NCBI GenBank assembly: GCA_963837955.1
Contig: CAWIPH010000002.1
Location: 3,104,001 to 3,168,000 of the forward strand
DNA length: 64,000 nucleotides
Reading direction: 5' to 3'
Source of the DNA: an uncultured Verrucomicrobiae bacterium
Lineage (GTDB): Bacteria; Verrucomicrobiota; Verrucomicrobiia; Chthoniobacterales; JAFAMB01
The translations under genes and the position numbers were made by a program. Under the pieces are notes generated by a model. It made no database searches. It was not told where the DNA came from and worked only from the letters and a program-made list of their open reading frames with translations. Shown here in pieces: positions 1-9,650 of this stretch; the stretch's first letter is position 1; each line of letters begins with the position of its first letter.

Positions 1-131
1 TAGTCTCGACGCTCACGCCGACCGATCTCGCAAGTTGGCCAATTCGCATACTTCAGTGATGCAGGTTCTCAATATCTTACTCGTTTCATATCGTCGGGAA
101 GCATCTTTTCCGCGACGATCGCAAAGAATCT

Positions 132-743
132 TCAATACGTTGGGAGCCGAAAGGCGCCGGTTTTCATTAAGATGAGGACCCCTAGCCCAATCAGTACGAA
201 AGGGACCACGCGGTGGGCATGATGGCGAATGGGTGCGCCCAGAGCCCGATGACTCACGAGCCAGTGAGCAGCGAGACACCAGAGACCGGTCATAACCGCG
301 AACACGATCACCATTGCGGACACCTCATGACCGTTCCGGGTGGCAAAAAGAGCGGTATAGACTGCCAGGTTATCTCCGCCGTTCGCCATCGTCACCGCCG
401 CTACTGCCAAGCTTTTGCCGAATGCTCCGGTGCCGGAAACGGGTTGCAAATCCTCTTTCTTGTTCTCCTTTCCGCGCCATAGGTTGGACAGTTTTTTGGC
501 TCCAATCGCAATCGGAATAAGGCCAAGCAGACCGATGTATGCCGGGGGAATTACTAGCGAAATCAGCGCTGCGATGGCACTCACTGCACAAAGCGCGCTA
601 ACACCGGCATACTGGCCGATAACGACATCGCGTACGCGGAAGCTTTTATCGGCCAAGAAGCCAACCAGAACGAACGCGTCGTCGATATTTGTCGACGCGA
701 AGACGACGATAGCAAGGCCGATGAGGCTAAGAGCTGATTCCAT
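132..743 (-). CDS. cadD: Cadmium resistance transporter, CadD family (LysE superfamily)
   Basis: Motifs FASTNIDD, VVIGQY and ANGGDNLAVY in a hydrophobic 203-aa protein. Confidence 0.85.
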   Translation of the reverse strand: MESALSLIGLAIVVFASTNIDDAFVLVGFLADKSFRVRDVVIGQYAGVSALCAVSAIAALISLVIPPAYIGLLGLIPIAIGAKKLSNLWRGKENKKEDLQPVSGTGAFGKSLAVAAVTMANGGDNLAVYTALFATRNGHEVSAMVIVFAVMTGLWCLAAHWLVSHRALGAPIRHHAHRVVPFVLIGLGVLILMKTGAFRLPTY

Positions 744-1076
744 TTGCTATGGGACTAGCACTCCGATCACGCGAGAGGCTGCTTCCGTCATCGATCTCGT
801 CGCTCCGTAGTGAAGGTGCCGAGTCGCCAAGAACTTCTTGGTGCCACAATCGCAGTTGGCACTGAATTTTAGAACTCTTCTTGTGACGCGAGGTTTAATT
901 TTGTCGTCCGAGATTAAGATCCCTACCCCACTCAGCACTAAAGACTGGCGCGATCTAAAGCCCAGTAAAGAATTGCTAAATTTTAAGAATGCGAGTGGAA
1001 TTAACCCGTGCCTTATGTAACAAACTTTGCGCAGCTTTTGTGCGACCCTATCGACACGGTGTAAATCGGGGGCATC

Positions 1077-2222
1077 ATGAATCATGAGACCGCGCTTTCG
1101 AAAGCAAAAGAGATAGCTGATGGTGTGCTGGCCCCGGACGCCAGGCAGAACGATAAGGAGGGCCGGTTCTCGACCGAGGCTATTGATGCGCTCGGGCGAG
1201 CCGGGTTTCTTGGGCTCACGCTGCCGAGAGAGTTCGGCGGTGCGGGTCTCGGGCCACGCACATTCGCGGCCGTCACCGCGACACTTGCCGAGGCGGACGC
1301 ATCAGTCGCGATGGTCTATCTGATGCATATCTGCGCCACCGCGATGATCGCCTCGGCTCGACCGGACGCCGCCGTTGCGCAGATGCTGAAAGAGATTGCC
1401 ACCGGCGGGCATCTATCCACCCTCGCCTTCAGTGAGTCCGGCTCACGCAGTCACTTTTGGGCGCCTGTCTCCCGCGCCCGCCGGAATGGCACGAGCGTGC
1501 ATATTACGGCCAAGAAGTCGTGGGTGACGAGCGCTGGCTGCGCACAGAGTTATGTGGTCTCTTCGCTCGCGCCCGAAGGGAAAGGTCCTCTCGATTCGAC
1601 GCTCTATCTTGTTCCAGCAGGCGTTCGCGGGCTGTCAGTAGAAGGCTCCTGGGACGGCCTGGGGCTGCGGGCCAACGCCTCCGCTCCAATGATGCTCGAT
1701 GATTGCGAGGTGCCATCCGGGCTCCAGCTCACGGACGACGGCGCAGGTTTCCAGGCCATGCTGGACGTGGTGCTCCCGCAGTTCAATTTGGGCGCGGCAG
1801 CCGTGGCGCTAGGGCTCTGTCGCGCCGTGGTCGCAGCAACAGCTAGGCATCTCAAGAGCGCTCGGTTCGAGCATCTGGGCCAGAGCCTCGGAGAGAGCTT
1901 GCCGACATTGCGTGCGCAGCTCGCAACGATACAGATCGACACCGATGGCCTCTCGGCGCGCGTCGACGACCTGGTGGAGCACCTCGAGCGGCCTCGGGAT
2001 ACGACACTGCTACGTGTGCTCGAGACCAAAGCCGCCGCAGGCGAAATCGCCATCAGCGTCACCTCAACTGCGATGCGGATGTGCGGGGGTGCGGCGTTCT
2101 CGAAGCGCATGATTATCGAGCGACTGTTCCGCGATGCCCATGCCGGTGCCGTGATGGCGCCGACGGGCGACGTCCTGCGAGAATTCATCGCCAGGGCGGT
2201 CCTGGGGATGCCGCTCTTCTGA
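1077..2222 (+). CDS. Acyl-CoA dehydrogenase-like flavoprotein (non-canonical, FadE16/Rv1679-like)
   Basis: ACAD motifs LAFSESGS, KSWVTS, WDGLGLRANAS, ERLFRDA; the usual IYEGT segment is replaced by VMAPT. Confidence 0.85.
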   Translation: MNHETALSKAKEIADGVLAPDARQNDKEGRFSTEAIDALGRAGFLGLTLPREFGGAGLGPRTFAAVTATLAEADASVAMVYLMHICATAMIASARPDAAVAQMLKEIATGGHLSTLAFSESGSRSHFWAPVSRARRNGTSVHITAKKSWVTSAGCAQSYVVSSLAPEGKGPLDSTLYLVPAGVRGLSVEGSWDGLGLRANASAPMMLDDCEVPSGLQLTDDGAGFQAMLDVVLPQFNLGAAAVALGLCRAVVAATARHLKSARFEHLGQSLGESLPTLRAQLATIQIDTDGLSARVDDLVEHLERPRDTTLLRVLETKAAAGEIAISVTSTAMRMCGGAAFSKRMIIERLFRDAHAGAVMAPTGDVLREFIARAVLGMPLF

Positions 2223-2322
2223 CCGCATACGCATAAGAGTAACCGGACCACATGGGCTGATAAACCACTTATCGACCGGATGATCGTATTCGGTCGCAAC
2301 GCATTCTAACGAGAAAGCAATC

Positions 2323-3177
2323 ATGAGCCGAACAATCTGGCTAGGCGCCGTCGCGTACGATCCGAAGGTGGTCACGATCTGGGAAGGCATGCGACGCTAC
2401 TTTCACGAAGAGGCGCGCCTGTCAGTAGAGGTCGTGCTGTTTCAGAGTTACGAGGCGCAGGTAAGCGCCCTGCTGGCCGCGCCGAGCGATCCCAGCCCGC
2501 GAATTGACATCGCCTGGAATACAAACCTTGCGTATCTACAGGCCGACGCGTGGAGCGACCATCGCTGCCGGGCGATCGCGATGCGTGATACCGATATTGC
2601 CTGGACGACCAAGATCGTCGCGGTCAACGGAGGTCCAGTCGCTGCGCTTGCCGATCTTGGAAATCGAACCTTGGCGCTCGGCAGCCGCGACAGTGGCCAC
2701 GCCGCGATCCTCCCGGTTCATTTTCTGGAGCGCGAAGGCTTGGTCGAGGGGCAGCACTACCGCGCGTTGCGTTTCGATAGCGACGTCGGCAAGCATGGAG
2801 ACACTGGTACGAGCGAGGTCGAGGTCGTCCGCGCGGTCCTCGACGGCCGCGCCGATGCCGGCGCAATCGGCAGTCCGTTCTGGAGGAGAGTGCGCAGCGA
2901 GCGCTTGGTGCCGGAGGGCGCACTAACCGAGATCTGGACGTCGCCGCCCTACAATCACTGCATGTTCACTGCTCGACCCGATCTAGACCCTTCATTGGAG
3001 CAACGGTTCGCCGAAGCCCTGTCCGGAATGAGCTACGACAACCCGAGCCACCGCGCCGTGCTCGATGCTGAGGGGCTCCGGCGCTGGGAGCCGCCGCACC
3101 TCGATGGGTACGACTCTCTGCGGCAGGCGTCCGCACAACAGGGTTTCTTCAAGCGCCCGATGCCGACAGAGGCGTGA
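2323..3177 (+). CDS. PhnD/phosphonate-binding-fold protein without signal peptide (Rv1680-like)
   Basis: Type II periplasmic-binding fold motifs IDIAWN, LALGSRDS, VLDGRADAGA; N-terminus LGAVAYDPKVVTIW is not a signal peptide. Confidence 0.75.
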   Translation: MSRTIWLGAVAYDPKVVTIWEGMRRYFHEEARLSVEVVLFQSYEAQVSALLAAPSDPSPRIDIAWNTNLAYLQADAWSDHRCRAIAMRDTDIAWTTKIVAVNGGPVAALADLGNRTLALGSRDSGHAAILPVHFLEREGLVEGQHYRALRFDSDVGKHGDTGTSEVEVVRAVLDGRADAGAIGSPFWRRVRSERLVPEGALTEIWTSPPYNHCMFTARPDLDPSLEQRFAEALSGMSYDNPSHRAVLDAEGLRRWEPPHLDGYDSLRQASAQQGFFKRPMPTEA

Positions 3178-3210
3178 ATTCACGTTTGAGCCTCCTTCTC
3201 TCGTCAGCTG

Positions 3211-4245
3211 TCACGCGCAATTGAAGATCGTTGCCAATCGGCGCCGATGCTCGCTTTCGCGCTCGAAGGCGCGACGTATCGCAGCGAAGGACTCGGCGAG
3301 CGGAAAGATGTTGGGGGTGATCAGCAGATCGGCGTCCTCGGCTCCTACTGGATGCCAGTAGACGCCCTGCGCTGTTATAGTGACCTCAGGCACCAAATCA
3401 GCGCGTGCAAGTGCGACGCCCTCCGTGGCAGAACCCCGCAGTGCAACGCGGCGGATCACCCGGTCCTCCTCGCTAATCCGCTTTTCATCGAGAAAGCGAC
3501 TGAACTCCTCGGCCTCGTGGTCAGTGGAGACGGTCGCTGCCAATCGCACCCGGAACCCTTCCGCGCGAGCGTGCTCAATACCTTTCCATGCACGCACCCA
3601 TGTGCCCTTTCCACGATGGCGGTCGTGCCGTTCGGGCGTCGGACTGTCGAGGCTGATCTGCAACGTCAAGCGATCGCTCGGCAATGAACGGAGCGTTTGA
3701 AGCCGCCGCCCCTCGAGCAGCATACCGTTGGTGAGGACCGTCGTCGGCGCGGTGGCGGCGCACGCAGCCAGGATGTCGCCGATGTCCGCAAGCAGAAAGG
3801 GTTCGCCGCCGGTCACGAAGATTTCGCTGACGCCGAGTTCGGCCGCTTCGCTGGCGATTCGTTGCACACGCACGAGGCCAAGCTCCCGCCGCGGTACTTT
3901 GGGCGAGGAGCGCACGCAACAATAGTCGCAATGCAGGTTGCAGTCGAAATTCGTGTAGAGCCAAAGGCGCGAGCCGACAGGGCGATCGGCGTCGGCATTC
4001 GCTGGAGCCTCCCCGCACCGGATCACCCACCGCGTGCGGCCCGCCTCGACAGTCCTTTCGACCAAGGTGTTGCGCGTAAAGCGGCACCAAGCCTCAAGGT
4101 CGGCCCCGAGACCCCCTTCGCTGCTAATGACGGCCAGGAGATCGCCCGGGCTACATCGGCGCAGTGCAGCAATTAGTTCGGGCAGCAGGCCGGTGGCAAA
4201 CGATTTAACGCCGGCGTCGAGCTCAATGTTCGCTTTGATTCGCAT
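3211..4245 (-). CDS. Radical SAM protein with N-terminal TusA/SirA-like domain (Rv1681/MoeX-like)
   Basis: CNLHCDYC CxxxCxxC motif, TGGEPFL, LTNG, QISLDS; N-terminal ~80 aa has TusA-like pattern (ELDAG...PGDLLAV...DLEAWCR). Confidence 0.88.
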   Translation of the reverse strand: MRIKANIELDAGVKSFATGLLPELIAALRRCSPGDLLAVISSEGGLGADLEAWCRFTRNTLVERTVEAGRTRWVIRCGEAPANADADRPVGSRLWLYTNFDCNLHCDYCCVRSSPKVPRRELGLVRVQRIASEAAELGVSEIFVTGGEPFLLADIGDILAACAATAPTTVLTNGMLLEGRRLQTLRSLPSDRLTLQISLDSPTPERHDRHRGKGTWVRAWKGIEHARAEGFRVRLAATVSTDHEAEEFSRFLDEKRISEEDRVIRRVALRGSATEGVALARADLVPEVTITAQGVYWHPVGAEDADLLITPNIFPLAESFAAIRRAFERESEHRRRLATIFNCA

Positions 4246-4248
4246 ACG

Positions 4249-5088
4249 CTATTGGCTCACGATCCGCCAAGCTTTCGACCGGCCTTGGTTCATCCACGCG
4301 CTTAAACGCATAAGCCTAAGGCGGCTTCCATCGAAATCAAATCCCGGCGCCTGCTGTTCCGTAGCGGTCAGCGAAGGTCCGAAGATAAGAAAGTAGTCAG
4401 CGCCGTCAGGCTTCACGAAATTGTAGTCCGCGGCCAGCACAAAGCCCGCCCTTTCGACCTCCCCGATTACCACATCGCGATTCACTCCGTGATCATCACC
4501 CTGGCCGTTGCGATCGATGATTCCCAGGCGGGCCCCAGGACGCATGGCAGCACGGACGTGCCGCAACAGCACGATGGGCTGCGCTACTTCATGGTAGGTT
4601 TTCATGAGGAGCACTGCGTCGACGCTATTGGGAGGGAGCAGAGGGTCATCGCTCTTGCCCAAGATGGTGCGGATATTGGGCAGCTTCTCCTTTTGGGCGC
4701 GATCACGGATGTAATCGAGATAGGACCGGTTGATGTCGACGGCATAGACCCGACCGCTGCTTCCGACCCGGCGTGCTGCACGCACGCTGAACCAACCCGA
4801 ACCGGCACCGATGTCGGCAACCGAGGACCCGGTGTGTATCCGCAGCAAGTCCATGACCCTGTTGACCTGCAGATTCTTATCTCGTTTGGGGTCCTCAAAA
4901 ACCGACAGGTCCCCTGTGTAAGGCTGGCTGGTGGGTCGGTGGATGATATCGGTGCTTCGCAGCTGGACAGCCTGTGACGGAATGGATTCGACTGGCGACT
5001 TTGTGAATCCAGCCGATGGGACGGCAAGAAGAACGAATAATAAAGCAACCCGGCGAATGCGAGAGAATGGTTGAGCCGAACTTAGCAT
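4249..5088 (-). CDS. Class I SAM-dependent methyltransferase with probable signal peptide
   Basis: VADIGAGSG motif I, VYAVDI, VDAVLL; hydrophobic N-terminus. Confidence 0.85.
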   Translation of the reverse strand: MLSSAQPFSRIRRVALLFVLLAVPSAGFTKSPVESIPSQAVQLRSTDIIHRPTSQPYTGDLSVFEDPKRDKNLQVNRVMDLLRIHTGSSVADIGAGSGWFSVRAARRVGSSGRVYAVDINRSYLDYIRDRAQKEKLPNIRTILGKSDDPLLPPNSVDAVLLMKTYHEVAQPIVLLRHVRAAMRPGARLGIIDRNGQGDDHGVNRDVVIGEVERAGFVLAADYNFVKPDGADYFLIFGPSLTATEQQAPGFDFDGSRLRLMRLSAWMNQGRSKAWRIVSQ

Positions 5089-5092
5089 GGAA

Positions 5093-5731
5093 TTACGACA
5101 AGAGTCGCACTAGGCGGCCCCATAAACCGCGGTCGGAAGACTCCTGCTCGTGTCGCAGCAGGATAGCATCCAAGCCCAAACTGCGTCCCGGTCGTTGAAC
5201 CAGGAGCATGATCTGGACAACAATAAGGAAGAAGTATGTCCAAGGCCACTCCGCGGGAGAACGATAAAGGCCCAGCCAAAGATTGATGGCCATCAGTGCT
5301 CCTAAGAAAGCTCCCAACCGGCTGAATAGTCCAAGGATCAGAGTGACGGCTATCAACACCTCTGAGAAGTAGACTTGTGGTGCGAAGAAGTAGAAATGCG
5401 GCAGCACTACGTCCTTCACAAAGTGCCGCTGCAGCCCAGTACTGGCCCATTTCGCCATTTCGTCCATCCAGTAGCGCAGACCGCCGGAGCCGTCAGGGTT
5501 ATCAGTGTAAGTCGGGGGGAGCTTCCACAAGGACTGCTGCCACCACAACGCCCCGATAAAGAATCGGGCCAGCCAATTCCACAGGTGTAGAACCGAGCGC
5601 TGGCTTGAGTCGCGGAGAAGATTGACTCCTGCAATCACTATGCAAGCAATCACCAGCACCCAAAAAACATAGCTCGTCCACTCACCCTGAGTAAGGAACT
5701 CCAGCGCGTCGGAAAATGGATTTGTTCTCAT
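5093..5731 (-). CDS. DoxX/DoxD (TQO small subunit)-like membrane protein
   Basis: Several TM helices; WKLPP, EVLIAVTLILGLFSR, EWPWTY, GRSLGLD motifs. Confidence 0.7.
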   Translation of the reverse strand: MRTNPFSDALEFLTQGEWTSYVFWVLVIACIVIAGVNLLRDSSQRSVLHLWNWLARFFIGALWWQQSLWKLPPTYTDNPDGSGGLRYWMDEMAKWASTGLQRHFVKDVVLPHFYFFAPQVYFSEVLIAVTLILGLFSRLGAFLGALMAINLWLGLYRSPAEWPWTYFFLIVVQIMLLVQRPGRSLGLDAILLRHEQESSDRGLWGRLVRLLS

Positions 5732-5970
5732 ATCCTTGCACCCCTAGCAAACGTCATCTCTCGTGGTTACGCGAAACAATAATGCGATGCTCGGCGCACC
5801 CGATCTCTTGGAGAGTTCTCGGACGATCAGCCGGCTCGCGTTGAGGTCTGTCCGCCCTTGTCGCTTGGGGCCAGGAATCATTGGAACCGGTAAGGACGGC
5901 TGGTTGCCTTCATGTAGTTAAGATGCGGCTGCCGATTTGGTTATTCCCGTGATCGGTGAAAAACCCATGG

Positions 5971-6222
5971 CCGGTAGGGCGAAACAGTCCGGCTAACGGC
6001 GCAGTTTTCAAACGTAATTCAATTGCCGGACTGTGAGCTTGGCCCAGCGCGTTGTTTTTCCCCGGACGACGTTCGTAGCACCACACAAGATTCTTGCCGG
6101 GAAAAGCAGCGCAAAGATACGTGAACCGCCAAAGAAAAACAACCCGCTGGTCCAGGCTCACAGTCCGGCATTCTGCCAAAATGGAAAAGCGCGCGCTTAG
6201 CCGGACTGTTTCGCCCTACCGG
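5971..6222. repeat. Long palindromic REPIN/MITE-like element
   Basis: Perfect 26-bp inverted repeat CCGGTAGGGCGAAACAGTCCGGCTAA (5971-5996 / 6197-6222) and an inner near-perfect inverted repeat (about 6024-6060 / 6134-6170). Confidence 0.85.
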
Positions 6223-6363
6223 TCTTCGATTGCGCCTCCCTTTAATCATGAACCACGTTTTAGCGATCACCGATTACTTCTCAGGAAACGCCGGCCCATC
6301 CGACGAAGCTTGCCGGAGTTTCAAACGACGGAACGAAGTCGGAGCGCGCCGCTGCATTGCTCC

Positions 6364-7077
6364 CTAATCTTCCGCCCGGGCGGATAAGCGATGCGGACTA
6401 AAGGCGACGCGAAAGAAAGTCGCGGCGATACGGAATGTCGCGAGAATCGTTCCTTTGAAAGTGCCGGAAACTTTGGAGACGCCACCGCGGCGTCTGCGAT
6501 GATTCACAGGAATTTCCAAGATGCGGGCCCGCTTCTGTGCCAGCAACATCTGCATCTCCAGATTCCAGCCGTAAGTCTCCTCTCGCATGGGCAACGACTG
6601 CAACAGCTCCGATCGGATCGCGCGAAAAGGAGACATATCGGTAAAATTCACGCCATAACGCAGGCGCAGTAACCAGCCGGCCAAGCGAGCCGCGAAAATT
6701 TGCTGCGTATTGAGACTTCCTGGTTCTCGTATCCCGCGGGTACGCGAGCCGATCACAAAGTCAAAGCGGTTCTCCTGGATTGGCCGGACCAATTCGTTCA
6801 TAAATTCCGGACAGTCGCTGCCGTCGCCGTCGATGAACACGACGATATCGGCGCCTGCATTAACTGCTGCGTTCATGCCGGCTCGACAGGCTCTGCCGTA
6901 GCCACGAGTCGGCTGCCTGACTACCGTTGCGCCTGCGTCATTCGCGGCTTGAGCAGTGGCATCGGTACTTCCATTGTCAACGACTATGATCTGATTCACG
7001 ACGGTACGCGGAACCGAGCGAACGACTTCGCCAATAACTTCCGCTTCGTTCAACGCGGGAATGACTAGGCAGACCAT
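6364..7077 (-). CDS. Glycosyltransferase family 2 (DPM1-like)
   Basis: VIPALNE, VVDNGSTD, FIDGDGS; start placed at ATG 7077 to avoid overlap with the epimerase. Confidence 0.9.
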   Translation of the reverse strand: MVCLVIPALNEAEVIGEVVRSVPRTVVNQIIVVDNGSTDATAQAANDAGATVVRQPTRGYGRACRAGMNAAVNAGADIVVFIDGDGSDCPEFMNELVRPIQENRFDFVIGSRTRGIREPGSLNTQQIFAARLAGWLLRLRYGVNFTDMSPFRAIRSELLQSLPMREETYGWNLEMQMLLAQKRARILEIPVNHRRRRGGVSKVSGTFKGTILATFRIAATFFRVAFSPHRLSARAED

Positions 7078-7093
7078 GATTGATGCAACGTGC

Positions 7094-8242
7094 TCAGCTG
7101 TCGACCTTCTGGAGAATGCCCTTTTTCCGGAGAATGAGTTCGGCAGCGGCGAAATAATCTTTGACGCTGCCCTGTTGGCCAATCCACTCGAGATAGCGTT
7201 CGATCCCTTCTTCCAGGCTCACTGCTGGCACGTAACCAGCGTTCCGAATCAGGGTAGTATCGGATATCAGATGCCGCATTTCACCAGGCCGAAACTCGCG
7301 ATTCATGATCGGCGCGAGCCGTATTTGCAGTGCATCGGAAACCATTTCGGCAATCTGTTTAATTGTGACCGCTCGACCGCTTCCGACGTTCACAGCCTTT
7401 CCGTCTAACAGGTCCGAAGTTGCGGCGAGAAAATTGGCCCGAGCGATGTCCTCTACAAAGCTGAAATCACGAGTTTGCTCTCCATCTTCGTAAATCACGG
7501 GTGGTAGATGGTTGAGTAGCCGCGTGCAGAAAATAGCGATGACGCCAGTGTACGGATTAAATATCGATTGGCGCGGACCGAAAGTGCAAGAGTAGCGTAA
7601 TGCTACGGTTGGGATGCCAACCTGCCTTCCCCAAGTGAGCACGAGTTTTTCCTGATCCACCTTTGTGATTGCGTAGACCGTTTCTCCTCCGATGGGCGCA
7701 AACTCCGGTGTCGGCACGGATTTCGTCGGACTCTGACATGCCGGGCAACGGACTGAAAAGTCGCCGCGCCGAAGCTGTTCGACCGGTCTCAACCCAGGAA
7801 AGACCAGTCCATGTTGGGGGCATTCTCCCGCCCCTTCCGGATAAACCACCTGGGAAGAAGCTACCACGATCTTTCGGACGCCGAGATTTTTCTCTCGAAT
7901 AATTTCGAGAAGCTGGGCCGTTCCGAAACTATTTACCGCCACATACTTTGAGATTTCGGGCATATAACCACCGTATGCTGCTTCGTGAAATACCACGTCG
8001 ATTCCATCCAGCACCGACTCGACGACTTCTCTATCGCGTATATCGCCCTCCACGAATTCTGCTCCGTTCTGGATAGCTGCTTGCAGCCAGGGCGGCTTGC
8101 CATCCCGGTGAGTTTGCGGTTCGAGGTTGTCGAGAACACGGACAGACCAACCTTGCGCCTGCAACAGATCGACGATGTGCGAACCGATGAGTCCGGCACC
8201 CCCGGTGACGAGCGCCCGTTTTTTTTGAGAGGAGAATGACAT
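7094..8242 (-). CDS. NAD-dependent epimerase/dehydratase (extended SDR)
   Basis: TGGAGLIG, YAITK, TRDFSFVEDIA; CPQH...CPAC insertion. Confidence 0.9.
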   Translation of the reverse strand: MSFSSQKKRALVTGGAGLIGSHIVDLLQAQGWSVRVLDNLEPQTHRDGKPPWLQAAIQNGAEFVEGDIRDREVVESVLDGIDVVFHEAAYGGYMPEISKYVAVNSFGTAQLLEIIREKNLGVRKIVVASSQVVYPEGAGECPQHGLVFPGLRPVEQLRRGDFSVRCPACQSPTKSVPTPEFAPIGGETVYAITKVDQEKLVLTWGRQVGIPTVALRYSCTFGPRQSIFNPYTGVIAIFCTRLLNHLPPVIYEDGEQTRDFSFVEDIARANFLAATSDLLDGKAVNVGSGRAVTIKQIAEMVSDALQIRLAPIMNREFRPGEMRHLISDTTLIRNAGYVPAVSLEEGIERYLEWIGQQGSVKDYFAAAELILRKKGILQKVDS

Positions 8243-8252
8243 GAATTGTTCG

Positions 8253-9650
8253 TTAACTCTTCGTCGCTGTTCTTGAACTGCGTTTGCGCATTATCCACAT
8301 CAGAATGAGGAGGGCAAAAAACGGAAGAAAAACCCGAGACTCGAATCGAAAGAGGTCGTCCGCCGATTGGTCAACAAGAGAGCGGTAAAGAGGCCAAGTG
8401 ATCAAGGTCAGGGCAAGCGCGGCGGAATTGGGAACGAAACAGAGGAAAAGAGCTAACCAGCTATAGTACCAAGGATAATACGAAGAGAGCAGGATCGAAA
8501 ACGTGAGCGCGAGGACGAACGCAGAAAAGATCCATCGCCCTCGAGTTTCGCCGTTTTCTCTGCCCAAAGGTGGCTCTCGATACCAAGCCCAAATGGCGAT
8601 CGCTCCAAGAACGGCCAACGCCATCGACGTGAAGATGGCCGGCGGCAAATCGTGCACGACTCCGCACCAACCTAATATGTAATCGATGAGGACAAGTGGA
8701 TAGTAGCGCCCACCGTCCTGTAGCCCTTCTTCTTTGGCGTATTGCGGCAGGAACCCAAGAACTCCGGCGCCCGCACCGAGCACATAAGGAAGATAACAAA
8801 CGACCAGAGTGATCGTGAAAGCGATTGGCAATTTCTTATCCCATCTTTTGTAGATAGCTGGTAGCAGAATGACCGGAATAAATTTGACTAACGTTGCGGC
8901 TCCTAGCGCAAATCCGGCGATCCCAAATTTCTGATGCGCGCGCGCGAATAGAGCAAGGGCGATTAGGCAGATCATGAGCGCATCGATATGCCCCGAACCA
9001 CCAAATTCGAAGATTGGTAGAGGATGCCATGCATAGACGATCACTCGCTCCGCTGGCTGACCGATCGCTCTCAGAGTGGCCGCCACCAATCCCACCGTCA
9101 CAAGATCTACCAGAACGAGCACGCCTTTAAATCCGGGAACGCTCTGGGTCACGCGCGTCACTGCGAAAAAGAAGATTTGCGCTACAGGTGGGTAGATCGT
9201 GTGTGCATATTCTTTGCGGTTAATGTTTGGATAAATGGAATCGTCGCGCAGTCCCGCGAGCCGGGGATCGACCGGCAAATAGAGGTACGGATTGATCCCG
9301 GCTCCCTGGAGCCGCCCATCCCAGATGTAGCGATAAACATCGGTTGAGAGCCGGGGAGGATCGAGTGGCACCAGGATCAATCGAAACAGCGCACCCCCAA
9401 TCAGAATGATCAAGAGAGTGTTTGCTGGAAATTTCTTGCGCTGGAACGTCCACCAAACCGCAAAAACAAAAGGAATCCCGGAAATCGACAGCAATAAGAG
9501 CACCAAATAGAACCGGTCGTGGCGATGTGCCCCAAACGTATAAAGCTCGATAATCAATAGCAGGGCCCCGACGCCGATAAGTGTCACTAGCCATTGCTTC
9601 TCGGTCGACTGCCGGATTGGTTGATTGCGAGAGATCAACTCTTCACTCAT
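8253..9650 (-). CDS. GT-C membrane glycosyltransferase (family 87-like)
   Basis: STDVYRYIWDG, TIYPP, YAWHPL, GSGHID, YYPWY; multiple TM helices. Confidence 0.85.
   Translation of the reverse strand: MSEELISRNQPIRQSTEKQWLVTLIGVGALLLIIELYTFGAHRHDRFYLVLLLLSISGIPFVFAVWWTFQRKKFPANTLLIILIGGALFRLILVPLDPPRLSTDVYRYIWDGRLQGAGINPYLYLPVDPRLAGLRDDSIYPNINRKEYAHTIYPPVAQIFFFAVTRVTQSVPGFKGVLVLVDLVTVGLVAATLRAIGQPAERVIVYAWHPLPIFEFGGSGHIDALMICLIALALFARAHQKFGIAGFALGAATLVKFIPVILLPAIYKRWDKKLPIAFTITLVVCYLPYVLGAGAGVLGFLPQYAKEEGLQDGGRYYPLVLIDYILGWCGVVHDLPPAIFTSMALAVLGAIAIWAWYREPPLGRENGETRGRWIFSAFVLALTFSILLSSYYPWYYSWLALFLCFVPNSAALALTLITWPLYRSLVDQSADDLFRFESRVFLPFFALLILMWIMRKRSSRTATKS

Noticed and set aside
2220..3210. 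Selenocysteine readthrough at the TGA stops of the ACAD and PhnD-fold genes
   Set aside because: Both proteins appear complete at these stops and no clear SECIS-like hairpin was seen.
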